The notes under the pieces were generated by a model, which did no database searches, was not told the DNA's origin, and saw only the letters and a list, made by a program, of their open reading frames with translations. A stretch of DNA of 63,187 bases, filler included, from Chiloscyllium plagiosum (lineage: Eukaryota), in assembly GCF_004010195.1 (NCBI RefSeq). It is 3 parts of one record of this genome, joined end to end, with 100 filler letters (N's around TTAATTAATTAA, not from the genome) between each part and the next. Parts side by side here need not be neighbours in the genome. Positions count along the whole stretch, not along the records: positions 28,501 to 58,670 come from NC_057711.1; 2 more parts are not named here. One strand, given 5' to 3'. A program made the translations under genes and the position numbers. Positions 39,510-50,900 of the stretch are shown one piece after another. Numbering within the stretch: position 1 is the first letter of the stretch; every line of letters starts with the position of its first letter.

Positions 39510-40771
39510 TCAGTTCTGCTGACTTTGGGATTCCCGCAGTTCCGTGATGTTCTGGGTAGTGTTTGGGGGTGCACCATGCTTTTCCCAGCACACTGCTACT
39601 AGGTGTCCTATTCTGTAGCAGTGGCTGCAGTATTTTACATTGTTCCCTGCTCTATTCCCTGCTCATGGGACCCTACATTCTCCAGCAAAGTGTCCCTGCC
39701 GGCCACAATTGTGGCAGGATCATTTTATTCTCTTCTCGCCTACCATTCTGGTAGGCTGCTTTGTCAGGTTGTGCCTTTATTGCAGAAGCTTCTGCATCCT
39801 GCACCCCACTAGCTCACTTGACTAGGTCATCATAATCCTAGGACATTACTTTCTCATTTTCAGAATGGCTTGGTGGGTGCTAGAGAGCCCATGAATGCCC
39901 GGTCCCCCCGACCTGGGTTTGCTTGCCCTGATCATTCCTGATAGATCCTAAATAATCCTTCCCCTTTACATTACTTAGTGGTCAGGATCTTGCTTTAGTT
40001 TGTGGCAGCATTTCCTAGCACCCTCTGGATTTCTTCTTTAAAGTCAGTGAAGGGGGCCTGCTGGGCATCTATCTCTGCTGTGAGGGCAGTGGCATGTGTC
40101 CACCACCCTCCGCTAAAGTCTCAGGCTGCTATGGCATTGGGTCCGCCAACTGCCTGCATCCACTTGTCCGCTGGGCAAACTGCCCAGACCAGCTGGTGTA
40201 TGTTTTTCAGGTGTAGTTGGTGCCCTACCCATACACTATCCTGGTGTTTGCACTCCGGGGCTGTAATTTGCCCTGTTAGGCCATAATTTGCTGCCTGACC
40301 CTTGGGGTGAAGGGTTTGTAATTCGCTTTGGGCTGTGAGTCTGATCCTCCTCTGGTAACAGGCACGAAGTTGTACTCTTGCACGGTTCGTCCAACAGAGG
40401 ATGCATTTCTGCTGGATGATTTCGTGGGAGGGGTGTGAGTCAATCTCACTTTCCTCTTGTACTTTTTCTAATCTTTGTTCTAGCTCCTTTATCCTATCCT
40501 CCAGTTCCTCAATTCGTTCTTGGCCTTTTCTCCATCTGCCAGTGGAGGCACCTACTTGTTCAATTAGGCCTGCTAATTGGTACACTAACATTTCCCCTAT
40601 CTTTTTAGTTTTATTTCATTTTTGTTTACCTATCCACACTCTTTGTTGTGCTAATGTCTGAGATGGATCCCAACCACTTTCCTTCATTTGCTCTGTCAAC
40701 CCTTGTCTGCCTGCTTTGTATTTCTCAATAAGGGAACCTGCAGTATCCCCCTTAAAACTTTAATCTGCCAT
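39510..40771 (-). pseudogene. gag: ERV gag (disrupted): N-terminal coiled coil and two CCHC knuckles
   Basis: ERIEELEDRIKELEQRLEKVQEE; knuckles CHNCGRQGHFAGEC (39675-39716) and CSHCYRIGHLVAVC (39588-39629). The start ATG at 40769-40771 is tentative. Confidence 0.82.
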
Positions 40772-41714
40772 TGTGTACCCCTGGATACCACAAACAGTGA
40801 AATGTTCCTAACCGAGTGGGGACTTCTCTACCCCCTGGCCAATAATACATGGCCGTAGCAGCCTCCTAGCAAGGTGCGCTGTCTATTAATGGGACTTCTC
40901 TACCCTCCCGGCCACCACTATTATCAGTACCTAGTGGTCAGTTGAGAATGCTGGCTCAGTAAGGTGTGCTCTCTATCAGGACTCCTCTATCCTCCCGGCC
41001 ACCTGTCCTGACCCAACACCTCCTAATAGGCCCAGAAACCTATCTCAGCCCGGTGTGTGCTCTACCGGTGGGAGTCTTTATCCTCCGGCCACTGCCACTA
41101 TTCAAGCTCTGTCATTCTACTACGGACATACAGGGTATAATGGTTACTCACAGTGTCCACGCTCCCCACCTTGGTAACTTGCGCTCCACTGAGGTTTGGC
41201 TCTTGGTCAGAGTGATCAGCTTCTCTTCCTCACCACATTGGAAATTACAAGTACAAACAGCACCTAACTTTTAACTAAAACTCTAACTGGACTCTGCGTT
41301 GTTTGCCCATACTAAGTCCAATGTTACCTGACTTTGCCACTTGTGCTTCACAACTCCTTGTGCCCTTAGCGCCTCAATTCCCACTTCAAATCCCAAGCTT
41401 CGCGTGGGGGGTTTGGCTACCCATCTTAACAACCGGTTTAGGGCAGGGCTTTTGAGTAAGGCACTACCTTGTCTTCTGGCTGTTTCAGCACAAGCAGCAG
41501 GTTCTTACAGCAGTTAATACAATTAACATTTATTCTCCACAGACAAGCACTGTTTTTTTTTTAAACTCAGTACCGTAGCAAATCAGACATTACAATCGGT
41601 ATACCTTTTAAACTGTGTCCTTGGCCCGGTCTGACTCCTACCGTTTGCAGGTACAAATTTGTTCTTACCCAACCCCCCCGATCGTGGCCTTCGACCAGGG
41701 AACCAGTAATAAGA

Positions 41715-41732
41715 ACCCTGCTCGCAGCGCCA
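41715..41732 (-). promoter_or_regulatory. Primer binding site, tRNA-Ser-like
   Basis: Minus strand TGGCGCTGCGAGCAGGGT lies 2 nt after the 5' LTR CA end; close to the complement of recalled vertebrate tRNA-Ser(UGA/CGA) 3' ends. Confidence 0.8.
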
Positions 41733-41734
41733 AT

Positions 41735-42340
41735 TGTTATGGGGAAAATCACCAGTCTCGGAGTCAGAGTCGGGGTTCAATGACAGAGTTTATTGTACAA
41801 GGAAATGCCGGACCTCCGGGAGAGAGAGCCACCAACAGCACAGTGGTCAGTTGCGATTCTTCTCTCAACCCAGGGCACATGTCAAATACTTTTATACATC
41901 TTGTGATGCAATAGGTCAGGGATGAGATTATTGTCTGTGTAATGTAGTTTGTTTGTTGCGAACATTGCAGGCAGAATCGTTGATAGTTTCGATGCAGTCA
42001 TTGTCAGTTCCAGCACAGCCTTTGTTAATTCCAGTGTGATCATTGTCAGTTTCAGTGACTGCGGCGAAGTCCATTGCTCTAGTAATGGGCACTAAACTCT
42101 TCTTGAGAAGGACAATTACTGCAGCCCTGACTATTAGCACTCTGTATTGAGTCTGTATCAAGCCGTTTCTATCAAAGGTGTTGGCTGGACCCAGACACTT
42201 CGGCGGGCAGTGTACGTTACTCGTGCGTACTCTCTCCCCCACCCACCTTAAACTAATCAACAAGGTTGTGAATGCATTGTACTGGCATTTTGGTAGCCCC
42301 AGGCAGTGTTTGTGTTTGCTCTGCTATCTCTCTCCATATT
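41735..42340 (-). repeat. ERV 5' LTR, missing the distal ~110 bp of U3
   Basis: Aligns to 33676-~34253; similarity stops at ctccatat. Confidence 0.88.
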
Positions 42341-42429
42341 GTGATCTCTCCATATTTTATGACAGGAAAAAATATCGGCCTGAAAAAGTTACTCGCAACA
42401 GTCATTTGTGAATTAGATTAAGCATTTCT

Positions 42430-43290
42430 GGCATTCATGTTGTTAATTGGGAAACTTGACATGTTCAATTCTGCTCTCAAAGACTGGGCCCAGTATGTGG
42501 ACAGAATGCATTTTTTTTTCTGACAGATCAGTTTGGGCCAAATGAAAGGCAACAAGTAATTCTCCTGACAGCTTGTGGACCTGCAGCTTTTTCAGTTATT
42601 AGGAATCTAACTTTTCCTGAGGCACCAGATACTAAAACCTTTTAAGAGTTGATGGATTTAGTTAAGGAATCTTATGAACCCAACCCTCCTCTGATTCTGA
42701 GATGGTGTTGGTTTTACTTGGCAGTTCAAGAACCAGGAGAATCCATGTCAGGACTTTTGACGAGTTTAAGGTGACTGGCAGAGGCATGTGACTTTATGAG
42801 ATGGTGAGACACCATTTGGCATGTGTCATTAATGATGTGACCATGCAAAAGTGCCTACTAGCTGAAGCCCAGCTGGATTTCAAACAGACCTTACAACTGG
42901 CTTTGTCATTACAAAATGAGGCAAGTGGAGCATATGAGTTATAGGGTATATCAATGGAAGTGGACATCCTCACTAACCCAATGATTTTGTGGGACATCAC
43001 TTGAATGAAGACAATTGCATAGTCTCACTCAGGATATTTCCTGAACAGAGGGACTCTAGGTCAGCCCACAGCAAAGTCTCAACAAAAAGCCAAGCTTCGG
43101 ACCCAATGATTAAAATTTTCTTCAGGATCCGGGCTGGCAAGCCATTGTAGTTGCTGCCAGTATGCGTACTTGAGACAGCAAAACAGTGCCACCAAACCTG
43201 AATTAAGTAAGAGAACTTATAGACCAGTATCCAGGACAGTGCACACCCTAGAAAGCCTAACTAGATCTGGCTTGGAACAATTAAACTACT
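42430..43290 (+). mobile_element. Gypsy/Ty3 gag remnant
   Basis: GKLDMF..., DWAQYVDR, VILLTACG..AFSVIRNLTFPEAPDTK, QEPGES..., LAEACDF. Confidence 0.7.
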
Positions 43291-43298
43291 TAGCAACA

Positions 43299-43573
43299 TC
43301 CAAGTTGGTATGGAAGGGGTAAGTGCTCGGTATGGAAGGGGTTAGGGGGGAGTGTGCACCTAACTAGGGAGTTGCGGAGGGAACAGTCCCTACGGACTGC
43401 AGATAGGGCAGGGAAGGGAAATATATTTTTTTTGGTGGGGTCTGACTGTAGGTGGTGGAAGTAGCAGAGGATGATGCGCTGGATGTGGAGATTGGTAGGG
43501 TGGGATGTGAGGACCAGGGGGATTCTATCCTTGTTGGGGTTGGGAGGAGTGGGGTTCAAGGAAAGAGGTGCAC
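43299..43573 (-). mobile_element. Penelope-like fragment running into a gap
   Basis: DRIPLVLTSHPTNLHIQRIILCYFHHLQSDPT..IFP. Confidence 0.8.
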
Positions 43574-44073
43574 NNNNNNNNNNNNNNNNNNNNNNNNNNN
43601 NNNNNNNNNNNNNNNNNNNNNNNNNNNNNNNNNNNNNNNNNNNNNNNNNNNNNNNNNNNNNNNNNNNNNNNNNNNNNNNNNNNNNNNNNNNNNNNNNNNN
43701 NNNNNNNNNNNNNNNNNNNNNNNNNNNNNNNNNNNNNNNNNNNNNNNNNNNNNNNNNNNNNNNNNNNNNNNNNNNNNNNNNNNNNNNNNNNNNNNNNNNN
43801 NNNNNNNNNNNNNNNNNNNNNNNNNNNNNNNNNNNNNNNNNNNNNNNNNNNNNNNNNNNNNNNNNNNNNNNNNNNNNNNNNNNNNNNNNNNNNNNNNNNN
43901 NNNNNNNNNNNNNNNNNNNNNNNNNNNNNNNNNNNNNNNNNNNNNNNNNNNNNNNNNNNNNNNNNNNNNNNNNNNNNNNNNNNNNNNNNNNNNNNNNNNN
44001 NNNNNNNNNNNNNNNNNNNNNNNNNNNNNNNNNNNNNNNNNNNNNNNNNNNNNNNNNNNNNNNNNNNNNNNNN
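43574..44073. other. Assembly gap (500 N)
   Basis: N-run. Confidence 0.99.
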
Positions 44074-46393
44074 ACCAAGAATGTTTCCCTGCCCTCCCCT
44101 TCACTGTTTGATCACAAAACATTTCCTTTTGTGAAGGGCACTGCTTGTCATTGGCTACTTGGGTATTTTCCTATCTTCCTGGTGGTGGAAATTGAATAAA
44201 GATTCGTGCACTTTGTGAAAATAAAAAAAAAGAAAAAGAAAAGAAAACAAAAAAAGAAAAAAGAATTTAAAAAAAACAAGAATGTTTCCCTGCCCTCCCC
44301 TTCACTGTTTGATCACACAGCATTTCCTTTTATGAAGGGCACTGTTTGTCACTGGCCACTCGGGTGTTTTCCTATCTTCCTGGTGGTGGAAATTGAATAA
44401 AGATTCGTACACCTTGTGTCTCTCACTGTGTCTCACACCTGCACACACACAACATGGGTGCTGGGGAAAAAAGAAAAATAAAACAGGGGTGTAAAAGAAA
44501 AAAAAACAAAAAGAAAAATAAATAGACAGAAATGTTTTGTCACTGGCCACTCGGGTGTTTCCTTTCTTCCTGGTGGTGGAAATTGAATAAAGATTCATAC
44601 ACCTTGTGTCTCTCACTAAAAAAAATAAAAAATGAACAAGAATGTTCCAACTCTACTTTGATTTAATCCCTGCCCTCCCCTTCACTGTTTGATCACACAG
44701 CATTGCCCTTTGATGTGAAGGGCACTGCTTATCACTGGCTACTTGTGTGTTTTCTTTTCTTCCTGGTGGTGGAAACTGAATAAAGATTCATGCACCTTGT
44801 GTCTTTCACTGTGTCTCACGCCTGCACACACACAATATGGGTGCTGGGGAAAAATAAGCACCACCGCAGTTAGGCGGTAGTGTGGGGGTAAAAAAAAAAG
44901 AACAGAAGTATCAGGCATGCTGACAAAAAAAGTAGGAGTGTTAAACATCCTGTTCACTTTAAGAGCTGGCTCTGAGAGAGTTGAATCAGTGTCAAGAACT
45001 CTCCACTTGTAACAAAAAAGAAGGAAAAAAAAAGGAGTGTCACATGGGTGCGGGGGAAAAATAAGCACAGAAAAGAAAAAGAACAGGAGTGTCAGACATC
45101 CTGTTCACTCTGAGAACTGGCTCTGAGGAAGCTACATCAGTGTCAAGGACTCTCAACGTATAAATAATGGGTGATTTGGTGCCAGGATATTAGCCTCTGT
45201 GGAGTTACTTCTTCAAAGTGCGTCACCTCACACTTTTCAGGGTGATATTCTATTTACCACTGATCTGAAAAAAAAGGAGTGTCACATGGGTGCCGGGGGA
45301 CAATAAGCATTGCCGATATCAGGCAGGAGTGCGGGGAAAAAAACAACAATGTTTTGATTTAATCCCTGCCCTCCCTTCATTGTTTGATCACACAGCATTG
45401 CCCTTTGAGGTGAAGGGCACTGTTTGTCACTGGCCACTCGGGTGTTTCTTTTCTTCCTGGTGGTGGAAACTGAATAAAGATTCATACACCTTGTGTCTCT
45501 CACTAAAAAAAATAAAAAATGAACAAGAATGTTCCAACTCTACTTTGATTTAATCCCTGCCCTCCCCTTCACTGTTTGATCACACAGCATTGCCCTTTGA
45601 TGTGAAGGGCACTGCTTATCACTGGCTACTTGTGTGTTTTCTTTTCTTCCTGGTGGTGGAAACTAAATATTCTTGCACCTTGTGTCTTTCGCTGTGTCTC
45701 ACACCTGCATGCATACAACAACAAAAAAACAAGAGTGTTCCAACTCTATTTTGATTTAATCCCTGCCCTCCCTTCATTGTTTGATCACACAGCATTGCCC
45801 TTTGATGTGAAGGGCACTGCTTGTCACTGGCCACTTGGGTGTTTCTTTTCTTCCAGGTGGTGGGAACTGAATAAAGATTCATGCACCTTGTGTCTTTCAC
45901 TGTGTCTTACACCTGCACACACACAACATGGGTGCTGAGGAAAAAATAAGCACTACCGCAGTTAGTGTGGGGGTAAAAGGAAAAAAAATAGGAGTGTCAA
46001 AAGTTATAGTCACTCTAAGAGGGGGCTCTGTGGAAAAACAATAAACAGGAATGTTCCAACTCTATTTTGATTTAATCCCTGCCCTCTCCTTCACTGTTTG
46101 CTCACATAGCATTGCCCTTTGATGTGAAGGGCACTGCTTGTCACTTGCCATTTGGGTGTTTCTTTTCTTCCTGGTGGTGGAAATTGAATCAAGATTTGTA
46201 CACCTTGTGTCTTTCAGTGTGTCTCACACCTGCACACACACAAAAAAGGAAAGAAAAAGTAAACAGGAATGTCAGACATTCTGTTCATTCTTGAGACGTG
46301 GCTCTGAGGAAGCCAGACCAGTGTCAAGTACTATGTGTGTGTAAATAAAGGGTAACTTGGTGATTGGATACCAACCTCTGTGGAGTTATTTCA
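44074..46393 (+). repeat. Tandem array of ~8 related 150-250 bp units separated by A-rich tracts; possibly an LTR region
   Basis: ggtggtgg(a/g)aa motif at ~44181, 44382, 44572, 44765, 45459, 45652, 45857 and 46173; ends in ...tgtggagttatttca, with a similar end at ~45200. Confidence 0.85.
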
Positions 46394-47526
46394 GGAAGAT
46401 TAGAGAGAAAGAAAATTAAAAGTAAGCCAAACAGGAAAATAGCCTAAACAAATCCCCTGTGGAGAAAGATGAAATGCCTTACTGTGATGAATACAAGTAA
46501 CTGATGAACCAATTTTTAAAAAAGGGTGATTAGAGAGACAAAGAGAGATCTTGGAAAATGCATAGTTTATCAGAAAAAAATCATTTCAATGTCACAGCAG
46601 CAAGAGTATAGTCATTGAAATGGATTTTAACACTGGCAATAGTTTAGTTATGTGCAATAGCTGACATTTAAGTTTTTTTAACTTTGCCAATAGTAAAGGT
46701 TAAGCCAATGCCAAGTTTCCAATTTCTTCTCAAGCGCCAGCTGCGAGCTACTGCTGAGTGGAAATAAAAGTAAGAAGAGTTGTAAACTGGCTGCAGATTT
46801 GGTATCACTTATTTAACACTACCATGTAAAGTCAAGACCAATCCTGATATATCTGCTTGTTAACTAAAAGGATTAATCTGTGGCTTGAAAAAAAATTGAT
46901 TACTATGTGGGAAAGAAAATGTTGGTTACAAGACAAAAAACATTTTGACACAATTAGATCCTGAACTTTTTATTAATTCAAGATTAGCTAGTCATACCCT
47001 CATCCCTTAATGGAAATTATCTCTGTGTTAGCCATGTATAATTGGAATGGTGGTAATGAAATTCTGCTGTGCACAGGAGTACAATAAAACACCCTATTAA
47101 TATTGATGCTAGCAACATAAGTAAGGTGACCGTGTCACCTTCACTACAGTCCTTATTAATAGACTATAAAAGGACTAATCTGCAGAGGTTGATTGGGTCC
47201 ATGAGACAATGATGGCCATTGATGGTCAGATTAGCAGTAAAATAAGAAGCAGCAAAATATGTACACAATTTATCTTCCAAAGCAGTATTAGAGTGTACAA
47301 TATGAGAAATTTTGGTGAGAATTTCAGTATATCGATGGTTATTAATTCTGCATGACTGCTCATAATTATAGGCACCACATGGACATAAATATTGGATTAT
47401 TGCAAGTCCTTATGAAATATACAGTCTTATGAATATATTTTAAATTCTTGTGGCAGATCTGGCTTCAACAGAGGGAAAGAAAATGGCCTTCACTTGTCAG
47501 TTTTTTTGGTGTCAATATGTGAGTCA

Positions 47527-47782
47527 TTAGATTAGATTACTTACAGTTTGGAAACAGGCCGTTCAGCCCAACAAGTCTATACCGACCCACCAAAGCGTAA
47601 CCCACCCAGACCCATTCCCTACATTTACCCTTTCACTTAACCTGCACATTTTTGGAGGAAACCTACGCAGACATGGGGAGAATGTGCAAACTCCACACAG
47701 AAAGTCGACTGAGGTGGGAATTGAACCGGGGTCTCTGGTGCTGTGAGGTAGCAGTGCTAACCACTGTACCACCGTGCCGCCC
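47527..47782 (-). mobile_element. HE1-like V-SINE (internally deleted)
   Basis: Reverse complement of the 20570-20886 family. Confidence 0.85.
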
Positions 47783-47997
47783 ATAATTGTATCACCGTGC
47801 TGCCCAGTCATGATGGTCATTAGTTCAGAACATTTCTGCCATTGGAATAATTCATATAAATCAAAACTGCTACTAGGTAACATGATCAGAAGCTGTAATA
47901 GAGATGATGTATCATGCTGTGTTTTCAAATAGGAAGAAAACAGATAACCATAAGCAATCACCAATCTACTGCTCAGACTACAGTATACCAAAACATG

Positions 47998-50900
47998 GGG
48001 CAGAATGTTCCCTCCCTCGTGTGGCATGAGTAATGGTATATATGATAACAAAATGGATTGAGAAAAAGTCTCCAGATTTGGTCCTCGAGCTTTAGATTGC
48101 AACTTCAGAATCTCACTCTTCACTGGCCACTGCCTTACTTTCATATACTTGCATCTTATTAATGTTCCAGTTTGCCTCATGTGTATTGAGGTTACAATTC
48201 TTTTCTCCTTCACTGAGAAACTACATGGTGTAAATACCCAACAGGTAAAAGAGAACAAGTACCCAGCGGCTGCAACTCACTGAATATATATCCTGGCCAT
48301 CATGCTACCACTTCTTCTGTGCAACATCCCTGCATGCTGTATGGTCATCCTCATTGATCCTTCATCCATCGCAGCATTAGTAAGCCACGAGCCTTACCAT
48401 ATCATCATAGCTGGTCTTGGGCTAACTAAGTCATGATTTTAGACCCTCAGCATACTTTTTACCTGATGGACATCTATAACTTGCATGCTTCTTTCACTTT
48501 GTACACAGGAACAGTCATGCAGCTCATGCATCATTAGCATGCACCTGAAACCTCTTTGTTTGCTTCCAAAGCACATATTACCTTTAACACTGAGGGTGAT
48601 ATCTTGCTAGGCTCTGTGTGATGTGGATTATGGTGAGATAAATGGTAGAATGTTTGGCAAGGCGTATCTCAATGCTGAGATCATCTCACTTTTTTCAAGT
48701 AGCATGGCGAGATTCCTGCTCAGCAGCAGTGAGTTCCCAATTGATGCTCATTATTGCTTTGTAAATACCTTGTCAACAGCCCAACTTACAATGGGTTATG
48801 ATCTCACCAAATTTCCCATGCAAACCAGCTGTCGAGAAAATTCGACATGGAAACAGGAGCAGGTTTTTGACAGGTTCAACTTGCTATTTGCTTCAAATGT
48901 CTGACATGTCAGACACTGGATAGTAACATCCCAGACACACTCCATGGGCACAGGCCACATATGATCCACATCCATGGACATTGACATTCAACTTGTGACA
49001 GCCTATGGATCCTCATGTCACATGTCTGATCCATTTACACGATGCTTCTGGACTTCCATGATGCTGTCCTTGCAACTATCATTGTAATGCTGCAGCAAAG
49101 ACACTTTATGACACACACCCAGCTCAATGACTGGACCACGTTGCATCTCTGGGCTCTTCATGTGATGTCATTTCACTCACTAATTCTGACCCGACCTGGA
49201 TGCTCTCAGAATCCCTGTTTTGCATTTTCTTTCCTTGTCTCTTTAGCTAGAGGCACTAGGTTCATGTTACTACAATCTTACCTTGCCATTTAGCATAGAC
49301 GCGAAGCCAGGGAGTTGGCTAAATTTGTCAGCAGGGCTCAGTCCAATCAAATGGGCTAGCCTTTGCTCAGGGAATCTTGGTGCAATAAACAAAAGGCAAC
49401 CTCTGAGACCAGTGCAGTCCATGCTCAGATCCATTGCTGATAAGGGGTGAAGATCAAAATGGTGGGTAGCATATCACCCATCTTAACTCTTTCTGCCCTG
49501 TTGTGAACTGTTTTGCTCCTAAAATGAAAGAAAGACTGCTAGTATGGAAGCTGAAAGTTGGTGACATGGCTCTTGGCATTGATATAAGTGTGGAGGCTTC
49601 ATTGAGAAAGTGAGTCATGTAGAGTGAATGGTGTCGCAGGCTGGGGTGGGTGAGTGCAAGTGAGGATGATGTTGTATGCATTAGCAATAGTGGTAGAGCT
49701 TGAGCCTTGGTGGGCGGTGGGAAACAGTGGCAGAGTGTAAAGTATCAGAGAGAAGATGGTGGCACGTACCCTGGCAGATTGAAGACATTCACATTCTCCC
49801 TACAGTACTGAGCATTCCTCCAGGTGGCTGAGACTGCTCTAACCTTAATGGCAACCTCAGACCATGGTGGCATGGTCTGGCACTGTGGCCTCCATTGCTA
49901 GTTCTGGGGAAAGAGAATGTCTTGCCTCTGCATAACCACTGTCAACTTTGTTGGGGTAAATGTCATGAACCATGCAGGGCAGCCCCTGAAGTGACAATGC
50001 TTGCCCAGATACACAACATTTGGTGTTGGTGCAGGAGATGCAGTTGAATTTTGGAATCCAGGTGACTGGTGAGTTGCTCCAGGAACAGCGTGTGACAGAA
50101 GTCAGATGTGATATTTGCTATAAAGGCTCGAATGTCAACTAATTCAGAGAGTTTGGTAAGATACAATGAAAAAGAACATTTGACATTGTGGCCAGAATCA
50201 CTTGCGGAATTCACACTTTGTTCAAAAAGTACAAGGTTCAGATCTGAGTTATGGTATGTCTGCCTTTGCAGTTTAGCTTGTCATCAATGCACAGGAAAAG
50301 ACCAGCAGCTTGACACCAGACCTAAGTCAATCTTATCAGTCAAATAGGCATTGGATATGTCATGTGGCACTGTGCCATAGAAACTTCAGGGCTGCAGTTA
50401 CATGCAGCAAACACTGCATATGTCTCAAACAAATGGCCATTTGTTAAAATAAAAGAGGATGAGTCCTTAGTGGAGTAAGGTGCAACCATAGTCAGTCAAG
50501 TGATGCTGTCACAATATGTCAAGAGCCATATTGAATTACACTGCAGGGATTGGCCACAGTCTTGCAGGTCAAATGAAAGCAGTCTCAGCATTTCAGGCAT
50601 GTCAGGCAGAGTCCTGTTGAGTCTTTAATACATTGATGGCCAGTTTTCCTGTAATGAGACAAAGGCAAAGAATGAATATGATAGAAGCTGATGCAAGTGC
50701 AGTTAGTGGTCATGCAACAGCCAGAAAGGGGGCGAAGTGTCCCCAGTAAGTAAATAGGAAGTATAGATGACATGAAGGGCTAGTAGTTTGGAAGGATGAG
50801 ATAGGTGTGAGTCATTGACCGGACATGGTGCATGCAACAGTGATATAAGCCTTAACGAAATTCATATACAGTGGCAGTATTAGAATGAGGTGGTGCCTGA

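Larger units (their letters stand above)
33676..42340 (-). mobile_element. Endogenous retrovirus, near full length and decayed; class III / snakehead-retrovirus-like by RT motifs
   Basis: Two homologous LTRs, PBS, gag, PR-RT-RH-IN, env and PPT in canonical order on the minus strand. Confidence 0.95.

Noticed and set aside
43290..44199. Long ORFs here and at 55037-55705
   Set aside because: Their length comes from runs of N.
44074..46393. CRISPR-like repeat/spacer interpretation
   Set aside because: Vertebrate context, units over 150 bp, no unique spacers, no cas genes.
47563..48258. 231-aa minus-strand ORF
   Set aside because: The C-terminal part is translated SINE; no recognisable domain.
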